Assembly: GCA_963729925.1 (NCBI GenBank)
Contig: CAVSPS010000004.1
Span: 230,859 to 294,858 of the forward strand
Direction: 5' to 3'
Source: an uncultured Solirubrobacterales bacterium
Lineage (GTDB): Bacteria; Actinomycetota; Thermoleophilia; Solirubrobacterales; Solirubrobacteraceae
DNA: 64,000 nt
The notes beneath the pieces are model-generated. The model had not been told where the DNA came from. It did no database searches and saw only the letters and a list, made by a program, of their open reading frames with translations. Position numbers and translations under genes: made by a program. Below, piece by piece: positions 54,241 to 63,876 of the stretch (the first letter of the stretch is position 1; every line of letters begins with the position of its first letter).

Positions 54241-55296
54241 CGGCGACGGGAGCATCCGAGGGACGCGCGAGCTGGGAGGCGCTCGGCACGAGCGTCGAGC
54301 TCGTGTTGAGCGACGGCGATGAGCTGGCGCGGGCGCGGGCGATCGTGGAGCGTGGGCTCGACGAGATCGACCGCGCGTGCAGCCGCTTCCGCGAGGACTC
54401 CGAGCTCACGCGCGTGAACGCCCACGCGGGGCGCACCGTCGAAGCGGACCCGCTGCTGATCGAGGCGGTCGAGGTGGCGCTCCGTGCGGCGGAGCTCACC
54501 GGCGGAGACGTCGACCCCACGGTCGGAGTGGCGCTCGAGCTGGCGGGCTACGACCGCGACTGGGCGCTCATCGAGAGGCATCCGGGAGAGCCGGCCGAGG
54601 GACATGCGGAGGAGGGGTCGGCCCTGCAATCGATGCCGGGCGTGCCCCGCGTGCGCGCGTGCGCGCGTGCAGGAGGAGCGGCCGGCTTTGCGTTCGACGC
54701 CGAACGTGCCCCGCGTGCGTGCGCGCGTGCGCACGGGTTGGACCACTGTGGAAGTGGATGGCGAGCGCCACACGATCCGGATACCCCGAGGAGTGAAGCT
54801 GGACCTCGGCGCCACCGCCAAGGCGTGGGCCGCCGACAGGGCCGCCCGCGCCGTGCACGACGCCACCGGGTGCGGCGTGCTCGTGAGCCTCGGCGGCGAC
54901 ATCTCCACCGCCGGGGAATGCCCTGAGAAAGGCTGGCGCGTGCACGTGACCGACGACCATCGCAGCGGGCCCGAGGCGCCCGGGCAGACGATCTCGATTC
55001 GCGACGGTGGGCTTGCCACCTCGAGCACCGCGGTGCGGCGCTGGCAAAAGAAAGGAGAGGCGATGCACCACATCATCGACCCCTCCACCGGGTCTCCCGC
55101 GATAACGCGCTGGCGCACCGTGAGCGTCGCGGCGATCGACTGCGCCGACGCCAACATCGCCGCCACGGCGGCGATCGTGCGCGGCTCTGGAGCCGCCGAA
55201 TGGCTCGCCGAGCTCGGCCTGCCGGCGCGGCTGGTGGCCCACGACGGCGAGGTGCTCACAATCGGATCGTGGCCGGCGGAGGGCGAGAGCTCATGA
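54237..55296 (+). CDS. apbE: FAD:protein FMN transferase, +1 frameshift near 54660
   Basis: ALGT, SRFREDSEL, DPTVG, LDLGATAKAWAAD, LGGDI, LATS, HHIIDP. Confidence 0.9.
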
Positions 55297-55357
55297 GCAC
55301 CGCGACGATTCTCGCCCCTGGATCGTGGCTAGGGGCCCTAAGAGAGGGCCAGAAGTC

Positions 55358-56110
55358 ATGAGCACCGCGATCGCGGCGGCGAGCCCAAGCGCCTACTGGT
55401 ATCTCACCCGCTCGAGCGGAGCGGTGGCGCTCGTGCTCTTGACGCTCACGCTCGTGCTCGGCGTCGTCGACGTGGGACGCTGGAGCACGAAGAACTGGCC
55501 GCGCTTCGTGATCGACTCGCTGCATCGCAATGCGTCGCTGCTCGCGCTGGCGTTCCTCGGCCTTCACATCCTCACCGCGGTGCTCGACAGCTTCGCGCCG
55601 ATCTCGCTCGTGAACGCGGTGATCCCGTTCACGGGCTCCTACAGGCCCTTCTGGCTGGGATTGGGCGCACTCTCCTTCGACCTCATGCTCGCGGTGATCC
55701 TCACGAGCCTGCTGCGCCGGCGGATGGGCCACGCGACCTGGCGCGCGATCCACTGGCTCGCCTACGCGAGCTGGCCGATCGCCCTGCTGCACGGCCTGGG
55801 CACGGGGAGCGACGCGAAAGGCACGTGGATGCTTGCGATCAGCATCGGCTGCCTGGTGGCCGCCGTCGCGGCCGTGCTCGTGCGCGTCGCGGTGGGCTGG
55901 CCCGACCGGCTCGCACAGCGCGGCGCCGCCCTCGGCGGAGCGGCGGTCTTCGCGTTGGGCCTGCTCCTGTGGCTGCCGAGCGGGCCGCTCGGCAAAGAAT
56001 GGGCACGGCGCTCCGGCACCCCCACGACACTGCTCGGCCACTCCGCGAGCCACTCCGCGGCTCCGGGGAAGCGAGTCGATGACCATGGGCGGGGGCACCC
56101 AAACCGCTGA
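55358..56110 (+). CDS. Ferric reductase-like transmembrane (heme b) protein
   Basis: WYLTRSSG, LHRNASL...LHI, WRAIHWLAY...LLHG. Confidence 0.88.
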   Translation: MSTAIAAASPSAYWYLTRSSGAVALVLLTLTLVLGVVDVGRWSTKNWPRFVIDSLHRNASLLALAFLGLHILTAVLDSFAPISLVNAVIPFTGSYRPFWLGLGALSFDLMLAVILTSLLRRRMGHATWRAIHWLAYASWPIALLHGLGTGSDAKGTWMLAISIGCLVAAVAAVLVRVAVGWPDRLAQRGAALGGAAVFALGLLLWLPSGPLGKEWARRSGTPTTLLGHSASHSAAPGKRVDDHGRGHPNR

Positions 56111-57470
56111 GCTCACCCGTTCGGGTACCCCTCATGGCGGGGAGCAGGCAGGCGAGCCGTTGAGCGTCGAGGGGGGCGCCCCCGGCGCCGGTCTTCCGCG
56201 CCTGCTCGAGGGAGTGCCGGCCCAGGGAGCGATGAGCTTGCGCGAGCACCTCGACACGCACGGCGAGCTGCCCTCCTCGCGCCGGCGCGACCGGCGTGGG
56301 GCGAGCGCGCTCATCGATCAGATCGAACAGGCCGGGCTCGGCGGTCGCGGCGGCGCGAGCTTCCCGATGGCCAAGAAGATGCGCACGGTGGCCGGCGGCA
56401 GCGGCAAGCCGATAGTGGTGGTGAACGCCACCGAGGGCGAGCCCGCGAGCCTGAAGGACCGTACGCTGCTCGAGACGCTTCCCCATCTCGTGCTCGACGG
56501 CGCCACGCTCGCCGCCCGCGCGATCGGCGCCGACGAAGCGATTCTGTGCGTGTGCGAGTCGGCGAGCGTGGGGCTCGAGCGCGCGGCGCAGGCGATCGCC
56601 GAACGCGAGCGGCTCCCCGGCCGCTGGCCGCGCATCGTGCTTGCCACCGCCCCCGAGGGCTACGTGGCGGGGCAGGAGTCGGCGCTCGTGAATCATCTCA
56701 ACGGCGGCCCGCCCAAGCCCACGTTCTCACCGCCGATGCCCTTCGAGCGGGGCGTACGCCGCCGTCCAACGCTCGTCAACAACGCCGAGACGCTCGCCCA
56801 TGTCGCGTTGATCGCGCGCCACGGCCCGCGCTGGTTTCGCGAGCTCGGCCTCTCCGACCAGCCGGGCTCCACGCTCGTGACGCTGTCGGGCCCGCTTGCC
56901 TACCCGGGGGTCTACGAGGTCGAGTTCGGCGCCTCGCTCTCCTCGCTCGTGGACGCCGCGGGCGGAACGAGCGGTCGCGTGCGCGCCGCCCTGTTCGGCG
57001 GCTATGCGGGCGCCTGGGTCGACGGGGGCGCATTGTCGAGCCTCGCGCTGTCGAGCGCCCACCTCGCGCCATACGGCGCCTCGCTCGGCGCGGGGGTGGT
57101 GCTGCTGCTCTCAGAGGAAGCCTGTCCTGTCGCCGAGACGGCCCGCGTGACGCGCTGGCTTGCCCGCCAGAGCGCCGGCCAGTGCGGGCCCTGCGTGCAC
57201 GGCCTCGACGCGCTCGCCGGCACGCTCGAGCAGATCGCGCACGGCGCCCACGGCCGTAACGCCGCCGCCCGCGTCGAGCAGCTCAGCACACTCGTGAGCC
57301 GGCGCGGCGCCTGCGGTCACCCCGACGGCACCGTGCGCTTCGCGATGAGCGCCATGGAGGTGTTCGCCGAGGAGCTCGCCGACCACGCCCGCCACGGCGC
57401 GTGCGACGCGTGCGCGCGCCCGTCCGAGCTGCCGCTGCCCGTACGCGCCCGAGTGACCACGGCCGCCTGA
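56079..57470 (+). CDS. NuoF-like NAD(P)H/FMN-binding 4Fe-4S protein
   Basis: GLGGRGGASFP, NATEGEP..KD, YVAGQESAL, NNAETL, GQCGPC...C. Confidence 0.88.
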   Translation: MTMGGGTQTAELTRSGTPHGGEQAGEPLSVEGGAPGAGLPRLLEGVPAQGAMSLREHLDTHGELPSSRRRDRRGASALIDQIEQAGLGGRGGASFPMAKKMRTVAGGSGKPIVVVNATEGEPASLKDRTLLETLPHLVLDGATLAARAIGADEAILCVCESASVGLERAAQAIAERERLPGRWPRIVLATAPEGYVAGQESALVNHLNGGPPKPTFSPPMPFERGVRRRPTLVNNAETLAHVALIARHGPRWFRELGLSDQPGSTLVTLSGPLAYPGVYEVEFGASLSSLVDAAGGTSGRVRAALFGGYAGAWVDGGALSSLALSSAHLAPYGASLGAGVVLLLSEEACPVAETARVTRWLARQSAGQCGPCVHGLDALAGTLEQIAHGAHGRNAAARVEQLSTLVSRRGACGHPDGTVRFAMSAMEVFAEELADHARHGACDACARPSELPLPVRARVTTAA

Positions 57471-57474
57471 TCGA

Positions 57475-57687
57475 ATGGCCGAGCGAGTGCGCGTCAACCC
57501 CATCGCCTGCGAGGCCCACGGCATGTGCGCCGAGCTGCTGCCCGAGCGCATCACGCTCGACGAGTGGGGCTACCCGATCATCGACGAGCGCCCGCTCTCG
57601 CCCGAGCTCGTCTCCCACGCCCAGCGCGCGGCGCAGGCGTGCCCCACGTTCGCGCTGCTCGTCGAACGCGAACGCTCACGGAGGTAG
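57475..57687 (+). CDS. Ferredoxin (3Fe-4S type)
   Basis: CEAHGMC...CP. Confidence 0.88.
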   Translation: MAERVRVNPIACEAHGMCAELLPERITLDEWGYPIIDERPLSPELVSHAQRAAQACPTFALLVERERSRR

Positions 57688-57706
57688 ATTCGGCGGCGTG
57701 TCGTTG

Positions 57707-57802
57707 AGGCCTGAGAAGGTCATGCTCTGTTTTGAAATTTTGCTATTGCATATACGATATGTAGCTACATATGCAAAATTTTGAAATTGGACAACACACA
57801 CC
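57707..57802. repeat. AT-rich inverted-repeat element, copy 2
   Basis: TTTTGAAATTTTGC (57730-57743), 29-nt spacer, GCAAAATTTTGAAA (57773-57786). Confidence 0.75.
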
Positions 57803-57845
57803 CGCCCCGTCCCACCGACGACATGACTGATGTGCCGACGCCCGC

Positions 57846-58907
57846 TCACAACGCGAGCACGTGCACGGCCGCCAGGCCGCCCCATCGGCCATAGGGCGCA
57901 AAGAACACGCGAACGTCCTCTTCGCAGGCGCGAGCCCTCGGATCGCCCCCGCTGAGGCGCCGGGCAACGTACTTGAGCAGGCCGAGGTCCCCGGCCGGGA
58001 CCTGGTCGTGGCGGCCCTGGCCCTTCAACGCGAGCATCTCTACCGTCCACGGTCCGACGCCCGGGATCGCGCGCAGCCTGCTCCAGGCGCGCTCGTGGTC
58101 GGCGTCGTGCAGGTCCACGCGGCCGCTCGCCACCTCGCGCGCCACGCGCACGAGCAGGCGGGCGCGCGAGCCGGAGAGGTCCAGCGACTCCAGGTGCGCC
58201 GGCGCCGCGCCGGCGAGCGTGCGCGGCGATGGCACGTCGCGCAGGCCGCCTCCTCCGTCCCCGCCGATCCGGCGCACGTCACCGCCGACCCACCGCTGGT
58301 CCCTGCCGGTCTGGCGCACGTCACCGCCGACCCGCCGCTGGTCCCCGCCGACCCGACACGCATCCCAGCCCGCCCCGCGCGGTCCGAGCGCCCGCACGAT
58401 GCGCCGCTGGATCGCGGCGGCCCGCTCGTACTCGATCAGCTGCTCGCAGATGGCCCATGCGAGCGCCTCGAAGGGCTCGGGTCGGCGCCTCACCCGCAGC
58501 CACGGCCTGCTCCGAACCGAGCGTCCGATCAGCGGGTCGTGGGCGAACTGCTCGTAGAAGCCGCTCAGCTCGTCGTCCACGCCGAGCGCGAAGCGCATCC
58601 GCTCGATGCCGTTACGCGCCGCCTCGGGTGTGCGTGCGCGGGCGCCGAACAACACCGCGTCGGGCGCGGTCTGGGCGACACGCACCACGACCGGCTCCCC
58701 GTCATCGTCGGGGGCGGCCTGGGCGACCACAACCGGCTCCCCGTCATCGCCGGCGCGGTGGTCCACACGGCGATCCGCATCGTTGTCCGGGCGGTGATGG
58801 AGCAGCCGTTCGAGCACGCCCCCGCGGCGGCGCAACACGCCGTCCATGCCCCCGGCGAGCGGCAAGCGATAGGGCGATACGGGAGTCACCTCCACGCGCA
58901 ACTCCAC
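57846..58907 (-). CDS. DNA-3-methyladenine glycosylase (AlkA family) with repeat insertions
   Basis: PFEALAWAICEQ, HhH IPGVGPWT, PAGDL. Confidence 0.85.
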   Translation of the reverse strand: MELRVEVTPVSPYRLPLAGGMDGVLRRRGGVLERLLHHRPDNDADRRVDHRAGDDGEPVVVAQAAPDDDGEPVVVRVAQTAPDAVLFGARARTPEAARNGIERMRFALGVDDELSGFYEQFAHDPLIGRSVRSRPWLRVRRRPEPFEALAWAICEQLIEYERAAAIQRRIVRALGPRGAGWDACRVGGDQRRVGGDVRQTGRDQRWVGGDVRRIGGDGGGGLRDVPSPRTLAGAAPAHLESLDLSGSRARLLVRVAREVASGRVDLHDADHERAWSRLRAIPGVGPWTVEMLALKGQGRHDQVPAGDLGLLKYVARRLSGGDPRARACEEDVRVFFAPYGRWGGLAAVHVLAL

Positions 58908-58915
58908 CGGGCTGC

Positions 58916-59269
58916 TCAGCGGCCCCTAACCGGCGATCCGAGCAGATGCACGTCCACGAGCAGCGAGCGGGACCCCACGATCTCGACGGCCCGCCCGACT
59001 GACTTCGAGCGCTTGCCGCTACGACCGATGCGCCGTGGCGAGCGAGAGCCGGCGAGCGCGGCACGCTTGCCGTGACGACGGTGCACAAGGCCGAGCACGG
59101 CTGCGCCGGCAACGAACCCGCCGGCTGCCACAGCGGCCGTCTGCACCGGACCCGCGAGCGGCCCCACGAGCGCGCGCGAGGGACGCACGGGGAACATGCT
59201 CACACCGGACGGCTCTCCCGGAAGCACCGGTACGCCATCGAGAACCTCGTCGTGGACGGGCTCGCTCAC
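58916..59269 (-). CDS. Small membrane hypothetical protein
   Basis: One TM helix; C-terminal SRSLLVDVHLL. Confidence 0.6.
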   Translation of the reverse strand: MSEPVHDEVLDGVPVLPGEPSGVSMFPVRPSRALVGPLAGPVQTAAVAAGGFVAGAAVLGLVHRRHGKRAALAGSRSPRRIGRSGKRSKSVGRAVEIVGSRSLLVDVHLLGSPVRGR

Positions 59270-59356
59270 ATGGTGGAGTGTAGAGCTGGGTTCGGACTGC
59301 TTGTCGCGCTCGCGCCACCATGGGCCCGCACGTCGCGCTTGCGCCCCGCGGACGGC

Positions 59357-60515
59357 CTACAACTCCCGCTCGTACACGCGGTAGCGGCGCACGATCTTGC
59401 CGCCCATGCCCTCCATGGCGCGGTTCATGGGCTTGTTGATCTCGAGGATCCAGCCCATCTCGCCGCCCTTCTGCGGAGTGCGTTCGGCCGCGTCGAAGTG
59501 CATCTGGTAGAAGCGCGCCGCCACCCCGGTGTGCTGATAGGCGGGCTTCACGCCGAGCGCGAACACGCGCACCGTGTCGATGTTCTTGCGCTCGCGCAGC
59601 GCCGTGATCCAGCCGAACGGCAGCAGGCGGCCGTTCAGCTTGGCGAGCACCTGGTTGTAGTCGGGCAGCGTCAGCGCCGCGCCCACGACCTCGCCGGTGT
59701 CCTTGCGTTCGGCCACCATCGCCCAGTTCTCGTCCAGCACCGGGCCGAGGTCCTTGGCGTAGTGGCGCACCTCCTCTTCGGTGAGCGGCACGAAGCCCCA
59801 GTTGCGCTCCCAGGCGGCGTTGTAGACCTCCAGGAAGCGGGTCACCTCTGCCTGCAGGTCTTTCTTGCGGAAGTTGCGGCACACGATCCCGTGCTCTGCC
59901 TCGAGCTTGTCCGCCATCTCCCAGATCGCGGGGTGGACGTTCTCGCGCGTGTCCACGTACAGGCTCCACATGTACAGGTCCATCGCCTTCTCCATGCCGA
60001 GGTCTCCCTCGAAGATGCGCTGGTAGTAGGGGTGGTGCCAGGGACACAGGATGATGGGCGGGCGCTCGTGGCCCTCGACGAGCAGGCCGCACTCGTCGTT
60101 GGTGGTGAAGTCCATCGGGCCCACCATGCGGTCGCGTCCGCGCGCGCGCAGCCACTGCTCGGCGGCGCCCAGCAGCGCGCGCGCCGCCTCGGGGTCGTCC
60201 TCGCACTCGAACCAACCGAACAACCCCCAGTCGTTGCCCTGGAACTCGTTGAGGTTGCGATCGACGTGGGCGCTTATGCGCCCGACCGGGCGTCCGTCGC
60301 GATACGCCAGGAAGTACTGCGCCTCGGCGTGCTTGAAGAACGGGTTCTTCTTCTGGTCCAACCGTTTCTTCAGATCCATCAGCAGCGGCGCCACCCAGTT
60401 GCGCTCGTTACGATAGAGCGCGCCACGGCAGCTTGATGAAGGTGTTCAGCTCAGCCCGGCTGGTGACCGGACGGACCTCGACGCTCATCGTCTTCCCCGA
60501 AGTCTCGACAGCCAT
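59357..60515 (-). CDS. GNAT-fold acyltransferase, YghO/bacterial ceramide synthase-like, +1 frameshift near 60420
   Basis: FIKLPWR|LYRNERNWVAPL, NPFFKH, VGRISA, FGWFE, GLLVEG, NWGFVP, WILEIN. Confidence 0.8.
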
Positions 60516-60626
60516 CGCCGCGCACCTTATAGGAAGAGAGCCGATGCTTACCTCCATAGGCCCTGAGCCGTTGCACACGCCGACAGCACCCGAACCGATG
60601 CCCACCTCGATGAGCCCCCGCGCGAA

Positions 60627-61961
60627 ATGCCCACGTCGGTAGACGTATTCGCCAAGGTTCGCGGCCACGAGCGCGAGGCGGTGCTCGCCGCAGCTCGCGA
60701 GGCGGACATCCTCCCCTACTTCCACGTGCTCACCTCGCCCGCGATGCCCGTCGTGGAGATGGAGGGGGCGCAGCGGATAATGCTCGGCTCGAACAACTAC
60801 CTCGGGCTCACCGGCGACGAGCGCGTGCTCAAGGGTGCACAAGATGCGCTGAACCGGTACGGCACCGGCCTGACCGGCTCGCGGCCTCTGAACGGCACCA
60901 CTCCGCTGCACCTGGCGCTCGAGCGCGAGATCGCCGAGTGGATCGGCAGCGACGACGCGCTCGTGTTCACGACCGGGCATCAGGCCAACCTCGGCACGCT
61001 CGGCACGATCCTCGGCGTGGGCGACACCGTGATCGCCGACTCCGGCGACCACGCCTCGATCCTCGACGGCTGCCTGCTCTCTCGCGCCAAGCTGCGCCCC
61101 TTCCGCCACAACCGCCTGGAGAAGCTCGAGAAGATGCTTCAGCGCGCCGAGGGCGACGGTGGCGGCGTTCTCGTCGTCGTCGACGGGGTGTTCTCGATGG
61201 AGGGCGACATTGCGCCGCTGCCCGACATCTGCGAGCTGTGCTCGCGCTATGGGGCGCGTTTGATGGTCGATGAGGCCCACGGCGCGGGCGTGCTTGGCGC
61301 GCGCGGAGCCGGCGCCGCCGAGCTGCTCGGCGTCGAGGAGAAGGTGGACCTGCGTGTCGGCACCTTCTCCAAGTCGCTTGCCTCCTGCGGCGGCTTCGTC
61401 GCCGGGCCGGCCGATGTGATCGAGTACCTGCGCTACCACTCGCGCGCCTTCATCTTCACAGCGTCGGGCGTCCCTGCTGCGCTCGGCGCGGCGCTCGCGG
61501 CGCTGCGTCTGGTGCGCTCGCCCGAGGGCGCCGCGATGCTGGCGGCCGTGCTCGACAACGCATGGCACCTGCGGGACGGGCTCGCCGACCTTGGCTTCGC
61601 CGTAATCGCACCCCAGCGGCTGCCGGAAGATGCCCGCACGGTCGGCACCGCCGCGCCCGGGGTGCGCCTCGATGCCAACGGGATCCCGAGGATCGTCACC
61701 CCGATCGTCCCGGTGCTCGTGGGCGACGACTGGAAGGCTGCGCTGCTCTGGCGCGCCCTCTACGACGCGGGCGTGTTCGTCAACACGGCGCTGCACCCGG
61801 CGGTGCCGCCCGGGGGAGCGTTGCTGCGCACGAGCGTGATGGCCACCCACGATCGCCCCACGCTCGACCGGGCGCTCGAAGTGTTCGCCACGGTCAAGGT
61901 CGCCTTCGAGGCCGAGCACGGTGCGCTGCCCGAACCGGCCGAGACCGTCGATGACGCCTGA
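60627..61961 (+). CDS. PLP-dependent alpha-oxoamine synthase, serine palmitoyltransferase-like
   Basis: LGSNNYLGL, YGTGLTGSRPLNGT, HASI.DG, DGVFSMEGD, DEAH, GTFSKS. Confidence 0.85.
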   Translation: MPTSVDVFAKVRGHEREAVLAAAREADILPYFHVLTSPAMPVVEMEGAQRIMLGSNNYLGLTGDERVLKGAQDALNRYGTGLTGSRPLNGTTPLHLALEREIAEWIGSDDALVFTTGHQANLGTLGTILGVGDTVIADSGDHASILDGCLLSRAKLRPFRHNRLEKLEKMLQRAEGDGGGVLVVVDGVFSMEGDIAPLPDICELCSRYGARLMVDEAHGAGVLGARGAGAAELLGVEEKVDLRVGTFSKSLASCGGFVAGPADVIEYLRYHSRAFIFTASGVPAALGAALAALRLVRSPEGAAMLAAVLDNAWHLRDGLADLGFAVIAPQRLPEDARTVGTAAPGVRLDANGIPRIVTPIVPVLVGDDWKAALLWRALYDAGVFVNTALHPAVPPGGALLRTSVMATHDRPTLDRALEVFATVKVAFEAEHGALPEPAETVDDA

Positions 61962-62257
61962 GGGGAGACCTTGTCCATTTCTTCACAAGACGTGAGGCCC
62001 ACAAAAAAGGTCGCTTCTAGCGAACGTTCTGAAGGAAGGAGGTTGACCCCGCGCGCCTCGCTGGCTAGCTTCTCGGGGACGCAACGCACGACCGTCCGAG
62101 ACCCGCCAACAGCCCACCGGTAGAGGGGTGCCGGGAGCTTTCGCGACAGGCCTCGCGAGGGAGAGCCAAGGATGCTCGGGCCGACGCGCTACTCGTGAAC
62201 CAGCCGATTTGTTGCACGCCGCGGGAGTCCCGCGGCGGCGACGGGGAGTGAGCATCC

Positions 62258-62659
62258 ATGAACGCGACAGCGACTATCGCCCCTGCCGGCCCACAGCACA
62301 TGCGGGCGCTCGAACGCGCCAACAAGGTCAGGCTTGCGCGTGCCGAGCTCAAGCGCCGCGTGGCAGGCGGCGAGATCGATGTCGCCGAGGTGATCCTCGA
62401 GTGTCCGTGGGAGGCCGACAGCATGGCGGTGGCCGACCTGCTGATGAGCCAGCGCCGCTGGGGTCAGACGCGCTGCCGCAAGTTCCTCGCGCAGATCCCC
62501 ATGTCCGAGCGCAAGACGGTGGGCTCGATGACCGAGCGTCAGCGCCGCACGCTCGCCGCGATGCTCACGACGAGCAGGCCGGTGACGATGCCCGGCCCAT
62601 GGCTCACTGCGCGGCGGATGCAGTCTGGCGCAGCTATGGGCAGCCGGATGACAGCTTGA
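62258..62659 (+). CDS. Actinobacterial integration host factor (mIHF)-like H2TH protein
   Basis: ALERANKVRLARAELKRRV, VADLL, KTVGSMTERQRRTL resemble the mIHF pattern. Confidence 0.75.
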   Translation: MNATATIAPAGPQHMRALERANKVRLARAELKRRVAGGEIDVAEVILECPWEADSMAVADLLMSQRRWGQTRCRKFLAQIPMSERKTVGSMTERQRRTLAAMLTTSRPVTMPGPWLTARRMQSGAAMGSRMTA

Positions 62660-63125
62660 CCTGCCACCAGCCGGCGAGCATCCCGATGAGACCGAGGCGC
62701 GGACGCGCCTCCCACACACCGCAATGCCCATCGCCCAGATCGGCTACGGGCACGCGCACGAACTTGTAGCGACCCGGCTCGAGCTTCATGCGCTGCAGCA
62801 GCGCCCGCGAGGAGCGCTCCAGCGCGGCGCGCTCAGCCACCTGTACGTGGACCTCGCCCACACGCAGCGCAAGTCGGTCGCGCAGGCGCTCGAGCTCGGC
62901 CAGCGTGAGCAGGCGCGGCCCGTTGAACGCCTCGCCGTGACGGTCGGAGGGCGAGATGTGCGGGAAGCTGTGGGCGATGAGCCCGGAGAGCTCGCGCTCG
63001 AGCCTTGCGACCTGCGCTCTGAGCGCCTCGCGCGCGAGGCGCTCGTCGCCGGAGGAGACGCCCCCGCCGCCGAAGATGCGATCGGGATCGGCGCGATCGA
63101 CGGCGATCTGCTCGGTTTGGGCCAC
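62634..63125 (-). CDS. Hypothetical protein
   Basis: GTG 63125 after GGAGG; C-terminal PRLGLIGMLAGWWQVKLSSGCP. Confidence 0.65.
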   Translation of the reverse strand: MAQTEQIAVDRADPDRIFGGGGVSSGDERLAREALRAQVARLERELSGLIAHSFPHISPSDRHGEAFNGPRLLTLAELERLRDRLALRVGEVHVQVAERAALERSSRALLQRMKLEPGRYKFVRVPVADLGDGHCGVWEARPRLGLIGMLAGWWQVKLSSGCP

Positions 63126-63216
63126 GCGTTGCTCCTCCCGCTCGGACAGAAACGATGTTAGCTGGACTGCACGCGCCGGTAAAGAGCGCGGCGCGGCGGC
63201 CGCGCGCCTCGCGTCC

Positions 63217-63876
63217 TCAGCGGCCGAGCTGAGCAAGCGCCGAGCGGCAGGACCACAGCGTCTCTTCGACGTGCAGCGCGGGCACTCCGGCGACCTGCAC
63301 TGCATACAGAGAGAGCCGTCGCGTGAGGGAGGTCGGCTCGTGGTGGGGCGCCGGGTCGTCGAAGAGGATCGCCAGGGCGTTGTCGGCGTCGGCGACGACG
63401 AGCCTGCCGGCGCCCAGGAGCGGTCCGTCGGCGCCCCCTCCCATGCGCTCCTCGGCGCGGCTCAGGCGGATGCCGAGCGGCCCGTTGAGGGTGTCGGCGT
63501 CGAGCGCCCACACGGGCACCGCCGTGTCGATGAGGCCGAGCGTGAGGATGTCGGCGAGCAGCCCTTCCGAGAGAAAGCCCCCGTCGAGCATCCGTTCGAG
63601 CACCGCCGCCTCGATGGGCGTCCTGGTGACGTCGGGGTCGAGCCCGATGTGGCGGAAGAAAACGCGGTAGGCGGCCGGGACGGGCTCCTGGCGGACGTTC
63701 ACCGCGCGCGCACCGCGCCAGCGGTTCGAGAGTTCGCGCAGACGGGCCGTGACCGCGGGTGTGGCGCTGCCGGTGAGCGAGCCGTCGACGTCGACATCGG
63801 TGAACATCAAGCCGAGACCGGGAAGCTCCCGCTGTACCTCGCGGTCGCACCAGCCGCGTATGGGCTCGCCGCTCAT
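63217..63876 (-). CDS. B3/B4 (PheRS beta-like) domain protein
   Basis: AYRVFFRHIGLDPDVTRTPIEA resembles B3/4 editing domains. Confidence 0.7.
   Translation of the reverse strand: MSGEPIRGWCDREVQRELPGLGLMFTDVDVDGSLTGSATPAVTARLRELSNRWRGARAVNVRQEPVPAAYRVFFRHIGLDPDVTRTPIEAAVLERMLDGGFLSEGLLADILTLGLIDTAVPVWALDADTLNGPLGIRLSRAEERMGGGADGPLLGAGRLVVADADNALAILFDDPAPHHEPTSLTRRLSLYAVQVAGVPALHVEETLWSCRSALAQLGR

Noticed and set aside
56079..57470. NuoF-like gene as part of respiratory complex I
   Set aside because: No other nuo genes nearby; context is the apbE/ferric reductase/ferredoxin operon.
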